A DNA stretch of 64,000 nucleotides from an uncultured Planctomycetota bacterium. GTDB taxonomy: Bacteria > Planctomycetota > Planctomycetia > Gemmatales > Gemmataceae. The stretch spans positions 1,024,001 to 1,088,000 of the forward strand of contig CAWKHF010000012.1 in the NCBI GenBank assembly GCA_963849325.1, written 5' to 3'. Made by a program: the position numbers and the translations under genes. The notes under the pieces were generated by a model. That model was not told the origin of the DNA and made no database searches. It saw nothing but the letters and a program-made list of their open reading frames with translations. This document shows, in pieces, positions 44,228 through 55,472 of the stretch (position 1 is its first letter; every line of letters begins with the position of its first letter).

Positions 44228-45028
44228 CTAGTAGCCTTCGTCGGCGAGTCGGCGCACGAGGGCGGCGTAATGACCCAGGCGATCCGCTTGCCGCCGCACC
44301 GAGATCCACGAGTGCGTCCAGTTGATGAGATTCAAGTGATCGCCGTCCCAGACGGTGCAATCCGCGCCCCAGCGGGCGGAGGCGACGGAGACGATGCCGT
44401 CGTTAGGCCCTTCCGAGCTGGCGAGGATGCGCGCGGGAACCTGCCATTCCGGGGCCAACCAGTGCAGGGCGAAATCGCCCGCCACGGAGAAGTAACGTAC
44501 ACCCGGCGCGTCGGGCGTCTGTCGGTTGAACTCGGCACAGTGCGCGACCGTCAGGTCGAAGAAGGCCTGGTACGGCACGTTGGCGAACTCGAACAGCGGT
44601 AGCAGGAGGCGCGTCAGCCGGCGCAGTCCCCAGTCGGCGAAGGGCGTGCCGCGGTGCGGCGTACCCAGCGTCGTCAACGTCAGCACCCGAGACACCATTC
44701 CCAGGCGCGAGATGAGATAGCGCGAATCGAGTCCGCCCATACTGTGGGCGATCAGGTGGACCGGCTCGGCCGGCGACTCGCGGTCCAGCAACACCTTGAG
44801 TTGCCGAGCGCGGTCGGCGATGCCGCGCGTCGGACTCAAGGAGGCGACCAGCACGCGATTGCCCGCCGACCGCAGCGCTTCAGGGATATTCTGGAAGTAA
44901 TGGGCGACCAGCCACGGCCCGACGCGCAAGCTATCGAAACCGAACAGGCCATGCACCAACACGATCGGCGCACGCAGCCGAGGGATGGGTTTCACTGCGG
45001 GCGTCGAGGGGACCAGGAGGGCGGACAT
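44228..45028 (-). CDS. Alpha/beta-hydrolase, triacylglycerol lipase-like
   Basis: [29 protein letters not shown]. Confidence 0.9.
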   Translation of the reverse strand: MSALLVPSTPAVKPIPRLRAPIVLVHGLFGFDSLRVGPWLVAHYFQNIPEALRSAGNRVLVASLSPTRGIADRARQLKVLLDRESPAEPVHLIAHSMGGLDSRYLISRLGMVSRVLTLTTLGTPHRGTPFADWGLRRLTRLLLPLFEFANVPYQAFFDLTVAHCAEFNRQTPDAPGVRYFSVAGDFALHWLAPEWQVPARILASSEGPNDGIVSVASARWGADCTVWDGDHLNLINWTHSWISVRRQADRLGHYAALVRRLADEGY

Positions 45029-45227
45029 CGGGCGCTTGCCTTTGTCGGGACGACGAACTTTCGCGGATTCTCCCTCTATTCTAGCCCAGGGAATGAGCCG
45101 GTTCCAGCGCGACGCCCGCCCCGATGCACGAACCACGATTTGCGAAGGACGAATTTGCCGTCTGCCCATCAGCCCACTACGATCATCAGGGATTCGAGCT
45201 TTCGTCCGTCCACCCGAGGGAACAATC

Positions 45228-46520
45228 ATGGCCTGGAGCAAGGCGGAACCCGGCAAGACGCGGATCGGCTGGATCGGCACCGGCGTCATGGGCCGATGGA
45301 TGTGCCATCACCTGATGGCGAAGGGTTATTCGGCCACGGTCTACAACCGCAGCCGCGACAAGGCCAAGGCGCTGCTCGACGGCGGCGCCGCCTGGGCCGA
45401 CACGCCGCGAGCGGTAGCCGAGCGCTCCGACGTGGTCTTCGCCATCGTCGGCTTCCCGGTGGACGTGCGCGAGGTCTTTCTCGGCCCGCAAGGAGCGCTG
45501 GCCGGCGGCAAGGCCGGCTCGGTGCTGGTGGACATGACCACCAGCGAGCCGTCGCTGGCCCGTGAGATTTACGAAGCGGCGAAAGCGAAGGGCGCCGGCA
45601 GCGTGGACGCTCCGGTCTCCGGCGGCGACGTCGGAGCGAAGGAAGCGCGGCTATCGATCATGGTCGGCGGCGACGCCGAGGTGGTCGAGGCCGTTCGTCC
45701 GCTGCTGGAGTGCATGGGCAAGACCATCGTGCATCAAGGTCCGGCCGGTGCCGGCCAGCACACCAAGATGGTCAATCAAGTCCTCATCGCCACCAACATG
45801 ATCGGTGTGTGCGAGGCCCTGCTGTACGGCCACAAGGCGGGTCTGGACCTCAAAACCGTCCTGCAATCGGTCGGCGGCGGCGCGGCGGCGAGCTGGTCGC
45901 TGAACAACCTCGGCCCGCGCATCATCGAGCGCAATTTCGAGCCGGGCTTCTTCGTCGAACACTTCATCAAGGACATGGGTATCGCCCTGGAAGAAGCCAA
46001 GCGCATGAACCTGTCGCTGCCGGGCCTCGCCCTGGCCAACCAGCTGTACCTCGCGGTGCAGGCGCAGGGCTACGGCAAAAAGGGGACCCATGCGCTGATG
46101 CTGGCACTGGAGCACCTGTCGGGGATCAAACACTACGCGCAAGGTCCAGGGAACATACAAAAGCTCTGGGCATCGCAAACAAATGTCGGGATTGCGGGTA
46201 GTTCCCTAATCAGCCGGGATGCTTTCGACTCCGTAGAGTTTGAAAATCAGCGAGTCGATTCGCTGTTCGTGCGATTCGATCGTACGTTCCAACTGTTCGC
46301 GCTGCCGGTCTCCCAGCCCATGCGCCGTCAATTTCGTCTTGATCTCCCCAATGGCTTGCGACCGGTCAGCGATCTCATCTGCCACACCTCTCTCGGCCTT
46401 GGTCTCCGGCACCTTGATCGGCATGGATTCGATGAACTGTTTGTTTGCGGGGAAGTAGCCGCTGTGGAAGTGGTTGCTCTTGCGCCGGAGGTAGTAGTCG
46501 AGGAGTTGGCTGTTCAGTAG
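45228..46520 (+). CDS. 3-hydroxyisobutyrate dehydrogenase-family oxidoreductase (conserved part ends near 46133)
   Basis: [34 protein letters not shown]. The tail overlaps the RM gene. Confidence 0.88.
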   Translation: MAWSKAEPGKTRIGWIGTGVMGRWMCHHLMAKGYSATVYNRSRDKAKALLDGGAAWADTPRAVAERSDVVFAIVGFPVDVREVFLGPQGALAGGKAGSVLVDMTTSEPSLAREIYEAAKAKGAGSVDAPVSGGDVGAKEARLSIMVGGDAEVVEAVRPLLECMGKTIVHQGPAGAGQHTKMVNQVLIATNMIGVCEALLYGHKAGLDLKTVLQSVGGGAAASWSLNNLGPRIIERNFEPGFFVEHFIKDMGIALEEAKRMNLSLPGLALANQLYLAVQAQGYGKKGTHALMLALEHLSGIKHYAQGPGNIQKLWASQTNVGIAGSSLISRDAFDSVEFENQRVDSLFVRFDRTFQLFALPVSQPMRRQFRLDLPNGLRPVSDLICHTSLGLGLRHLDRHGFDELFVCGEVAAVEVVALAPEVVVEELAVQ

Positions 46521-49410
46521 GCCGACGATGTACAGGTGCCAGTTCGGCAGATCGCACTCGCGCAGTTCCAGCCCGTACCCGCCCGTAGTCACATTCACAA
46601 AGAAGAACCCCTTGGCATCCCAGACGGCTTGAAGCCGGTTTATCATATACGGCACGAGAACCTTCTGGCCGAGCCAGCGTTCAATGTTCTGGCCGCGCGA
46701 CAGAGACCACCAGCAGTCCTTGAACCGCCCATCTTCACGATCTTCCAGTTTTTCCTTGAATCGATTGAGGTAATCCCACGTCCCGCCAAAGCGTGTCCTC
46801 ATCGTTTTCTCGTTGTATAGCCGTCCATTGGAGTCATAGGGCAGGATGAGGGCATGACTGGCATTGGCGATGTAAGACTGGAACCCCTCACGGCGCACCA
46901 CCGGGACTACGATTTCCCTTTCGATTTCAACCGGCAGGCCCACGGCAACCGAGTGGAAAGACACCAGGGACGATTTACCAGTAACGGGGTTGCAGTTGCC
47001 CGAAAGAAAAATGTCATCGGCGCCAGTCACGATGCCCTGGAAGATGTTTGAACAAATGTTGGGGAAGAGAGGAACACCAGTTTTTTCAAGCGACTTCAGG
47101 AATTGCCGGTGAGACTCAGGGTGGAAAAACCATGGCCTATCATCCTCGGGATGAGGGGTCAGAAACCGTTCGGTTCCAGGCGGCACCTCGCCGGAGTCGA
47201 TGGCCCGGCACTGCGATTCGCCGTCAGTCAGTTGGGCTACGCGGGCGTAGTCAACGCCTTTCACGTTCCGCGCTTTGGAAAAAACTTGGATGGCCGTATA
47301 GGTCGTCACATCGCGGAACACCTGCTGGTCCGTGAAGTCGATCAGTGACCGAATCATCCTTCCGTCCGCGAGAACCCTCCGAAGGCCCCGGCCGTATTTC
47401 AACTGCCAGAACTTGTGCGGGCAGATGAAGCCCAGGAGACCATCGTCTGCGAGCAGGTCCAAGCACCGTTTGATGAAGATTACATAGATGTCATAGCTGC
47501 CTAGGGCCACGGAATCATATTTCCACTTGTAGAAGCCGAATTCTTCCGGAGCCCACTCGTTCAACTCTTGGGCACGGATATAGGGAGGGTTGCCGATGAT
47601 GCAGTCGAATCCCCGACCAGTCGCTAGCAAGCGACCGAACCCTCTGGTAGGGCTGTTCCAGTCAAAAGCGTTGAGCCGGAACAACACGTCTTCGTCGGCG
47701 GCAAACAGCGCCCCGTGCCTGCCCTGCCAGTAGTCCTCGAAGTCTTTCTGGGAAAGCAGGCTGTTCCCACAGCGAATGTTGTTGTCGAGGTTCGGCAGAA
47801 GCCTTGTATCGAGCCACCACTCCCTTTGCCAGTCCGGCGGCAGTTTCCCCTCCAGTGTTTTAAGGTAAAGGCTCATGATGGTGACTTCGACGGCCTGAGC
47901 GTCGATATCAACGCCGTGAATACACGACGTCAGCAGTTGCGATCGGAACTCGGGTCTCAAATGCCAGGTGCCATCCGGTTCCTGGAAGGCGATTTTCTGC
48001 TTGTGCTTCCGGGCACGCGAAGACGCCGGCATCTCTGCCGTCTCCGGGTGCTTGGCGATGTATCCGGTACAATAGTCCATGAGATACTGGAAGGCGGCGA
48101 TGAGGAAGGATCCAGATCCGCTAGCTGAGTCCAAGAGCTTGACGTTGAGAACTTCCTGGGGCGTCTTACCCTTGACTTTCGACCCCACGACGCGGCGGAT
48201 GATAGTGTCAGCGATGAAGCGCGGCGTGTAGTACACTCCCCCGGCGTGACGGACTTCGGGCTTCTCCTGTGCGTCCACAATTCCGTTCTTCACGGTAATG
48301 GTCCGACCCAGGAACCGCTCGTAGATGATGCCTAGCAGGTCATCGCCTATCATGCTGAACTGGTAAGGCCCTTCGGGAGGGTAGAGAGAGCGGATGAAGT
48401 CAGCGAGCAGGTGGGGCGAGATGACAAGCTCTTCGCTGAAGTGCGGCTTGAAAATATAGCCGTTGTACTGCCGGTCGAAATGCCGGAAGTGTTCAAGGAG
48501 CAGCGCGTAGAGGTCAACGTCGTTCTCGCTGGCTTCGTTCAGGATGCGCCGGAGTTCGTTCGGCTTGCTGATTCCGCGGTCCTCGCAGACGCGCACGAAG
48601 ACCAGACGGTCGATGAGACGCTGGCAGGCTTCCGTCAGCTTGGCGGCACCGTGCAGGGTGTCCGCTTCCGGGAAATGCCGTCGGTTTTCCTGGTAGAGTT
48701 CGCGGGCGAACCGAAGTCGGTAATCCTCCAGATGGGCCAAGAAGTCGCGGTCCACCGGCTCTGTTCCGCGCAAGTCGAATAGCAATCGGTCAATGCCACG
48801 GACGCGACGGCCCGCACGGACGCGCTTGATGCGGGCCAGCAATTGCTCCAGCGAACCGTCGGCTACCGCGTCACGGCCGAAGGTCTCGCGGATTACGTCC
48901 CACTGCGAGAGGTAATCCTCGAAGCGCAGGTCAAAATCGACGACGAGGCCACGGCCAGGTTCGGAGTGATAGGGCTTGAGCGTGGCATCGAAGAGGCGGA
49001 ACCGCTCGAAGTTGGTCAGCACCGCGAACGGGATCTGAGCGCCTCCAGGCGTAAGTCTTGGCCTGGAAGATGGCGTCCCGATCCGCGGCGATGTCGAGAG
49101 CAGCCTTCTTGGCTTCCACGATAAACCGCGCGAAGCCATCGATGCGGAACAGGTAGTCAGGGCGGCCCGAGTGGGTTCCTTCCTCCTCAATGGTCATCAC
49201 TGGAGCCTCAACCACCACGTCTTTCTCGGCGGACGAGCGGTGGTGCCGATTGGCAACGTCCCAGCCGAGCGCTTTCCAGTACGGGTCGATGTACTCCAGC
49301 CGGATCGTGGCTTCGAGGGTCTGGGGTTCGCGGAGGGAGAGCAGGTTGGACCGAAAACCGTCCACAAGATCCTGGATCTGCTCAACGTCTGTCTTTTCTG
49401 TGATTGCCAT
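46206..49410 (-). CDS. Type IIG restriction-modification enzyme (nuclease, N6-MTase, TRD), one frameshift near 49045
   Basis: [31 protein letters not shown], TaqI-C-like tail. Confidence 0.9.
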
Positions 49411-49583
49411 AGCAGGAAGGTAATGGAGTCTACCGGAGCAGTCAAACAAAACCTGCAAACATGTCGCCTGCTAGCACGTCGAAAGCGACGGGTTGCGATG
49501 GGGCCATCTTTACGCGCAATGGTGCAGTGGTTCACGGCGTTATAGATGATGCTTAAACTTGGACCTGTTTGTTGGATAGCCCC

Positions 49584-50480
49584 TTAAATCTGGCCTACCC
49601 ACTCAGGTTCGGCCGCCTCGTGCCAGCGGACCCGGATCGCCTCGAACTTTTCCTGCGGCAGCGGCCCCGCCGCCAGCAGTTCGGCGTTCTCGCGCCAGCG
49701 CTTGGGGTTCTTCGTGCCGACGATGGCCGTGTGGACGCCGGGGACGCTCAGCGTGAAGCGCAGGGCGATCGAGGCCGCCTGCCGAATATCGCCGCCCAGG
49801 AAGTCGTAGCCAAGTTTTTGCAAGCGCTCCCAGTACGGCAGGTGGTAGTCGCTTTGCGGCTTCGCGGCTTGTCTCCATACGGCGTTGGCGATCGGCCTCT
49901 TGGCGATGACACCGATCTGTCGCTCGAGCGCCAGAGGCAGGGTCAACTCGATGGACTCTTGATCGGCGATGCTGACCGAGGTTTGCAGCGTGTCGAAGCG
50001 TCCGCACTCGATGGCGTAGCGAGCGGCGCCGCCGTCGCCGCTGTAGCCGATGTAACGAGTGTGACCTTTCTGCCGCGCCTGTTCGAGGGCGGCGATGACA
50101 TCGCCCCGGTGCAGCTCCTCCTCGGAGCAGCTGTGCAACTGCACCAGGTCGAGGTGATCGGTGCGCAGTCGCCGCAGACTGCGCTCGATGCTCTGCCGTA
50201 GCGATTCCGGCCGCCAATCGCCGACGCCCGGCGTATCGGGATGGCCGCACTTGCTGAACAGGTAAAAATCCTTGCGCCGGCTGGACACCGCCTCTCCGAT
50301 CAGCTCCTCGCTCCGCAGGTAACACTCGGCGGTGTCGATGACGTTCAGTCCGGCGTCGAGGGCGCTGCGGAGCAGGTCGGCGACCGTTTGCGCTGCCGCC
50401 TTCTCAAAACCGATTTCGGCGCCGCCAAAGCCCAGCACGCTCACGCGCATGTCGGTCTTGCCCAGTTGACGCTGTTCCAT
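49584..50480 (-). CDS. Aldo/keto reductase
   Basis: LGKTDMRVSVLGFG, IDTAECY, SLRRLRTDHLDLVQLH. Confidence 0.93.
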   Translation of the reverse strand: MEQRQLGKTDMRVSVLGFGGAEIGFEKAAAQTVADLLRSALDAGLNVIDTAECYLRSEELIGEAVSSRRKDFYLFSKCGHPDTPGVGDWRPESLRQSIERSLRRLRTDHLDLVQLHSCSEEELHRGDVIAALEQARQKGHTRYIGYSGDGGAARYAIECGRFDTLQTSVSIADQESIELTLPLALERQIGVIAKRPIANAVWRQAAKPQSDYHLPYWERLQKLGYDFLGGDIRQAASIALRFTLSVPGVHTAIVGTKNPKRWRENAELLAAGPLPQEKFEAIRVRWHEAAEPEWVGQI

Positions 50481-50575
50481 GACGCTTCTCTCCTGCTCGG
50501 GATGAGGGCGAGTCCGGCCCCGGATCACTCTCACTGTTGTACCGCCCGGCCAATCGGTGGACATGGGGCCGCCAT

Positions 50576-51459
50576 TCACGACGGGGGAGTTTGGTCCGCT
50601 GTCCCGCCGGCGGCGCGGACGCTGGCGAGGAGCGCGACGCCCACGACCATCGCGCCGCCGAGGACCGTGCGCGGAGACGGCACCTCGCCCAGCAGCAGCG
50701 CCGCCAGGGCCGCTCCGTAGACCGGCTCCAGGCAGGCGATCAGGCTCGCCGTCCGCGTCGAGATGCCCCGCAGGCCGGCGATGAACAGTGCATGCGCGAC
50801 CGCTGTACACAGCACGCCGAGGACCGCCAGCAGCAGCACGTCCCGGACGGTGAGCGCCGGCCAGCGGAGGACGACCAGAGGCAGCAGGGCCAGGGCGGCG
50901 AAGACGTCCTGATACAGCGCGATGGTGAGGCTGGAGTGCTGCCGGACGTATTTGCGGTTGAGCAGCGACAACAGCGCGAACGTCAGCCCGGAAGCAACGC
51001 CCCAGAGCACGCCCTGCGTCGGCGCGATCTCCCGTGTCGAAGCTGGGCGTCAAGACGGCGATACCGGCCAGGGCCACGCCGGCGAGGACGACGTCGGCCG
51101 CGTCCAGTCGTTCGCGGAAAAACAACGGCTCCAGAAAGACGACAAAGACCGGAAACGTCGAGTAGGTGATGAGCGCCAGGGCGACGCCGGACGCCTGCAC
51201 GGACTGGAAAAACGTCGTCCAGTGGACGGCCAGCAGGACACCGAGGAAGGCGAAGGCGAGTAGGCTGCGCCGCGGCAGCGGACCAAGGACGTTCTGGCCG
51301 CGCCGCCGAGGCCAGCAGCAGGGTCAGCGACGCGAACCCGACGCGGCCGAAGACGATGACGACCGGCTCCAGAGTCAGGAACTTGCCGAACAAGCCGGCC
51401 AGTCCGAACAACAGAACGGCGGCGTGAATTCGCATCAGGTGGCGCGCGTGAGAGGACAC
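50576..51459 (-). CDS. EamA/DMT transporter, frameshifted
   Basis: LFGLAGLFGK, STFPVF..LEP, LEPVYG, multiple TM segments. Confidence 0.85.
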
Positions 51460-51653
51460 GATGCGCTTTCTCTCATAGCTTACCAAGAAGTAATCATTCT
51501 GCGGTTGTCGCCCGGCGGAGACGGATGTAATCTATGCTCATCACGTTGATTGGGCGACAACGTGATGTCGGCCGGCACCCGCAAGGGAGCCGGCCGATTT
51601 TTTTTCTACCCTCCTCCCAACGAACCCCAACGAGAACGGCGAGGACTTCTCCC

Positions 51654-52691
51654 ATGATCCGCAACGTCGTGGTTCTGTGCTTCGTCCTGGCCGGTGTGAC
51701 GGGGATGAGCACCGCGACCGGCGAGGAAGCGCCGCCCAAGCACTCCAGCGGTCGGCCGCTGCCGAAGATGCCGGTGATCGCCAAGGCGGTGATGTTCAAC
51801 ACCCCCGAAGCCGACCGCATTCTCGCGGCGCTGCAAGTGTTCCCGGCCGACAACCCGTGGAACCGCGACGTCTCCCAATGGCCGCTGCACGCCAACTCGA
51901 AAAAGATCATCGCCTCCATCGGCGCCGACAAGCCCTTTCGCTACAACCCGGACATGAGCTTCATCCTCGTGCCGGCCAATCAGAAGCGGATACCCGTTAA
52001 GATCGTCTCGTACCCCGGCGAGTCGGACAAGGGGCCTTTTCCCGTGCCGGACAACATACCCATCGAAGGCTGGCCGGCCCACTACCGGCGCTCGGCCGTG
52101 CTGCGGGGCTTGAGCCTGGATGACGTGCAGCGCGACCGGCGGAAGGAAAACGGCGATCGTCACGCCCTCGTAGTCGATCCGGTCCAGCGGATGCTGTACG
52201 AGTTTTACCAGGCGCGGAAGACGGACGCCGGCTGGGTGGCCGCACAAGCGTCGGTATTCGACCTGAAGACGAACCAACTGCGGCCGGCGGACTGGACCTC
52301 GGCCGATGCGGCGGGCCTGCCGATCTTTCCCGCCGTGGTGCGCTTCGACGAATTGCAGCGCGGCATGGTCGAGCACGCCCTGCGCGTGACGGTGAAGAGG
52401 ACGCGGAAGGCCTATGTGTATCCGGCCCGCCATTACGCCAGCCGATGGACCGACGAGGATCTGCCGCGTATGGGCGAACGCCTGCGGCTGAAGGTGAATT
52501 ACGACATCTCCGCGTTCTCGCCGCCGGTGCAGGCGATCCTCAAGGGGCTGAAGAAATACGGTATGTTCGTGGCCGACAACGGCATCGATTGGGCCATCTC
52601 GGTCGCCCCGGACGAGCGCATCCCCAGCCTGCACGAGGAGCTGCGCAAGGTCCAAGGCTCCGCGTTCGAAGTGGTGCAGCAGCCCAAATGA
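51654..52691 (+). CDS. Exported hypothetical protein
   Basis: Signal peptide, FPADNPWN, GDRH..LYE, SADAAGLP, HALR. Confidence 0.8.
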   Translation: MIRNVVVLCFVLAGVTGMSTATGEEAPPKHSSGRPLPKMPVIAKAVMFNTPEADRILAALQVFPADNPWNRDVSQWPLHANSKKIIASIGADKPFRYNPDMSFILVPANQKRIPVKIVSYPGESDKGPFPVPDNIPIEGWPAHYRRSAVLRGLSLDDVQRDRRKENGDRHALVVDPVQRMLYEFYQARKTDAGWVAAQASVFDLKTNQLRPADWTSADAAGLPIFPAVVRFDELQRGMVEHALRVTVKRTRKAYVYPARHYASRWTDEDLPRMGERLRLKVNYDISAFSPPVQAILKGLKKYGMFVADNGIDWAISVAPDERIPSLHEELRKVQGSAFEVVQQPK

Positions 52692-52729
52692 TACCCTGGC
52701 AAGCGGGGGCGCGAACAAGATTGCGCTAA

Positions 52730-53602
52730 CTACGATCGATCCGGAGCGATGGAGGTTGGCGGGTGAAGCCGGAGCCGGCGCGGACGGAGCCAGGCGGGGT
52801 CGAACGTGAAAAGATGGATCATCACCATGCCGAGGCTCAGGTCGGCGAAGTCGATCACGGCGAGGAGCGACAGGTGCATCAGCAGCATCGCCGTCCATAG
52901 CCACGGTCGCAGGCGGCGCACCAGGGCCAGCGGCGCGAACGATAACTCCAGGGCGAGGGCCGTCCACGTCGCCAGGTGCAGCAACCAGAGCGGCAGTGCC
53001 AGCAGCGTCTCCCGCAGCCGGCCGGGGCGCACGAGGGGGTTGTCGAGCACGCGGGCCAGGGCGGTGCCGTCGCGCCACGACGGGCTGACGAGCTTCGAAT
53101 AACCGCTGTAAGTGTACGACAGAGCCAGCACGACCCACGCCGCGGCGAAGATCGCCCGCGGCATGTGCCAGCCGCCCGGATCGACTTGCCCCCGCGCCGC
53201 CCACGACCCATACGGCGCCGGCGGCAGGAACACATGGGCCAGCAACATCCAGCCGACGAACGGAATGCCGGGGTTGCTGATGAGCGGATCGCGGCCCAGC
53301 AGACACGCCCAGACGTACCAGATGCCCAGCGCCGCCGCGCGGTCGTACACGCCGACGCCGAAGAACACACTCAGGACAGTTCCCGCGGTCAACAGGGCCG
53401 TCACCGTGGCGGGCGAGTCCGACAGAGCGAGCACGTTCGGAAACAGGTGCAGCAGCGGGCTAGCCGTGCCGTGGGGCAAGACACCCTGGTTCGAGAATAG
53501 CTCGGCCCCCCAGGGGAGCAGGTGAAGGAAGTGGATCAGCAGGTACGTCGCGAAGACGGCCCGGAAGAGGCTGTACTGGCCGCCGGTCCAGCCGTTGTTC
53601 AT
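52730..53602 (-). CDS. HTTM-domain membrane protein
   Basis: Multi-TM, YSGYSKLVSPSWRDGTAL, LELSF..MHL. Confidence 0.75.
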   Translation of the reverse strand: MNNGWTGGQYSLFRAVFATYLLIHFLHLLPWGAELFSNQGVLPHGTASPLLHLFPNVLALSDSPATVTALLTAGTVLSVFFGVGVYDRAAALGIWYVWACLLGRDPLISNPGIPFVGWMLLAHVFLPPAPYGSWAARGQVDPGGWHMPRAIFAAAWVVLALSYTYSGYSKLVSPSWRDGTALARVLDNPLVRPGRLRETLLALPLWLLHLATWTALALELSFAPLALVRRLRPWLWTAMLLMHLSLLAVIDFADLSLGMVMIHLFTFDPAWLRPRRLRLHPPTSIAPDRS

Positions 53603-54093
53603 GGACAGGGCGCCTCCAGCATGCGCGGCAGATCGCCCAGGTCCGTGCCCGGCAGCGGTTCGTAGCGGACGTGGACACGGCCGGCGATTTCGTCGTGATC
53701 GATGCCCAATTCGCGCAGCAGCGGGGCGTCGCCGCACAGGGCGTATCGCATCACCGGGTCGCGCAGCTCGGCCGGCAACACCGGGCCGTAAGCGAGGGCC
53801 GCCCCGTAGACGTTGCGGCGGTTGTACGGGCCGCGCAGGCGCGCGTAAACCTCCGGCGTGACGTGCAGCGAATGTCCGGCGCCGGAGCGGTCGGTCCACT
53901 CGACGTAGAAGCGCGTCGAGTAGGTCTCCAGGCCGCGCACGCTGGAGAAGACTTTCGGCGCCGGCGACGCCGCCGTCGCGGCGGCGACGCCCTTCAGCGC
54001 TCGGCCGACGCCTTCGGAAACGGTCTGCTGGACCAGGTCGCCGATCATCTGCGACAGGCCCAACCCCACGAGGAAGACCGCGACCTTCTTCAT
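53599..54093 (-). CDS. Hypothetical protein, partner of the HTTM gene
   Basis: ATGA overlaps on both sides. ASPAPKVF..GLETYS, GPYNRRNVYGAALAYGP. Confidence 0.8.
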   Translation of the reverse strand: MKKVAVFLVGLGLSQMIGDLVQQTVSEGVGRALKGVAAATAASPAPKVFSSVRGLETYSTRFYVEWTDRSGAGHSLHVTPEVYARLRGPYNRRNVYGAALAYGPVLPAELRDPVMRYALCGDAPLLRELGIDHDEIAGRVHVRYEPLPGTDLGDLPRMLEAPCP

Positions 54094-54833
54094 GACTTGT
54101 GCCCCGTCGTCGGCGACTTGTTGACGTTCACGCCGGCCAGCATCCGCAACAGCTCGTGTTCCTTCCGCGGCCCGAACCCGCACGTCGCCTGCCAGCGGCG
54201 CGGATTGTGGAACGTACCGAAGAGCATGTCCCACAACGGCAGGTCCGCATAGTTGCAGTGGTGCAGCCCCTCCTGGTGATGGACGCAGTGACTCTCGGGA
54301 CGCTGCACGAGGTAGCCCAACCAGTGGGGCGTCGGCACGTTCCAGTGGTAGAACAGCTCGGCGAGGCCCGTCATCAGCACGGCGAGGACGGCCGCCCGCG
54401 GGCCGAGGCCGACCAGCAGGTAGAGGATGGCACTGGACAGCAGCCCGTTGGCCATCAGCTCGAAGGGATGCTTGTAGAAGCTGGTGAGGACCTCGATCCG
54501 TTGGGCGCTGTGGTGGACCTGGTGGAGCCAGCGCCACAAGAAGTCGGATTCGTGCCGCCAGCGGTGCCACCAGTAGTAAAGGAAGGTGATGACCAGGTAG
54601 CCGACCAGGGCGCCGCCGCTGACGCCGAGAGGGTCGGCGGACCAGGGACGGTGGCGTTGCATCCAGCCGTCCCAGGCGACGCCGGCGAGGTAGACGACGC
54701 CGATTTGCAGGCCGTTGAGCAGGGCGGCCCGTAGCCACCAGCCGGCGACCTGCGGCCACGAGCGTCCCGGTCGGACGACTTCGCACGCTATCATCACCAG
54801 CGCCACACCCAGGACGATTAGCGGAACAATCAT
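54090..54833 (-). CDS. Sterol desaturase / fatty acid hydroxylase family
   Basis: His boxes HRWRH, HQVHH, YH..HCVHH. WDMLFGT. Confidence 0.92.
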   Translation of the reverse strand: MIVPLIVLGVALVMIACEVVRPGRSWPQVAGWWLRAALLNGLQIGVVYLAGVAWDGWMQRHRPWSADPLGVSGGALVGYLVITFLYYWWHRWRHESDFLWRWLHQVHHSAQRIEVLTSFYKHPFELMANGLLSSAILYLLVGLGPRAAVLAVLMTGLAELFYHWNVPTPHWLGYLVQRPESHCVHHQEGLHHCNYADLPLWDMLFGTFHNPRRWQATCGFGPRKEHELLRMLAGVNVNKSPTTGHKS

Positions 54834-55071
54834 AACGCTCCTCCCGGAGAACGGCCTCTCCTCTCCGGAAGGCACGCTGCGGGAGAGGATGTCACGGAGG
54901 AGCGGGATGTCGCCTCGGTCTCCATGAATCCTGCTCTCACCTCGGTTGTGTTCCCTGGCGCCTTCCGGGATCACATCGCCGTCCGGATGCCCGAAGAATC
55001 CAGCAGCGGACGTGCTCGAACCGGGGCCTGACTCTCAGGCCATGAAGACGAGGATGCCGCGACGGAGTTGG

Positions 55072-55100
55072 TTGACAGAGCGGGGGGCGATCCCTAAGGT
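55072..55100 (+). promoter_or_regulatory. Sigma70-type promoter of rpsR
   Basis: TTGACA-N17-TAAGGT. Confidence 0.6.
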
Positions 55101-55156
55101 AATTATTTCTTCGGTTGGGTCCGAATCTCACACCCAGACAGGGGGCGTCAACAGCG

Positions 55157-55399
55157 ATGGTTCGCAAGAAGCTCGGGCGGGGCAGGAAGAATCGCTGCCG
55201 GTTCTGCACGAAGGAAGGTTGTCCGCGGCCGGCGTTCGTGGACTATAAAGACGTACAGACCCTCAAAAAGCTCTGCACCAGCCAGGGCAAGATGTTCAGT
55301 CGCAAGCGCAGCGGCAACTGTGCCGCTTTTCAGCGCGCCGTCAAGGACGCCGTCAAGCGCGCGCGTTTCATGGCCCTCATGCCCTACGTCGGCGAGTGA
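55157..55399 (+). CDS. rpsR: 30S ribosomal protein S18 (Cys-containing form)
   Basis: CRFC, VDYKDV, QRAVKDAVKRARFMALMPY. Confidence 0.95.
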   Translation: MVRKKLGRGRKNRCRFCTKEGCPRPAFVDYKDVQTLKKLCTSQGKMFSRKRSGNCAAFQRAVKDAVKRARFMALMPYVGE

Positions 55400-55415
55400 T
55401 TGAGAACGCTGTCGT

Positions 55416-55472
55416 CCGAGCCGCGACCGTCAGGGAGCGGATTTCGCCCGCTCCCTGACGGTCGCGGCTCGG
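55416..55472. repeat. Family A inverted pair between convergent genes
   Basis: 25-bp arms. Confidence 0.92.

Noticed and set aside
46134-46520. C-terminal extension of the dehydrogenase as a real domain
   Set aside because: It is the antisense of the RM gene 3' end, explained by stop loss or insertion.
49584-51200. Apparent EamA-aldo/keto reductase fusion (538-aa ORF)
   Set aside because: It arises from a frameshift in the EamA gene. The reductase has its own AGGAG RBS and ATG at 50480.
55157-55399. Stand-alone rpsR as a zinc-independent paralogue or a sign of a mobile element
   Set aside because: It retains the cysteines and has an ordinary sigma70 promoter, so it is most likely the housekeeping copy.
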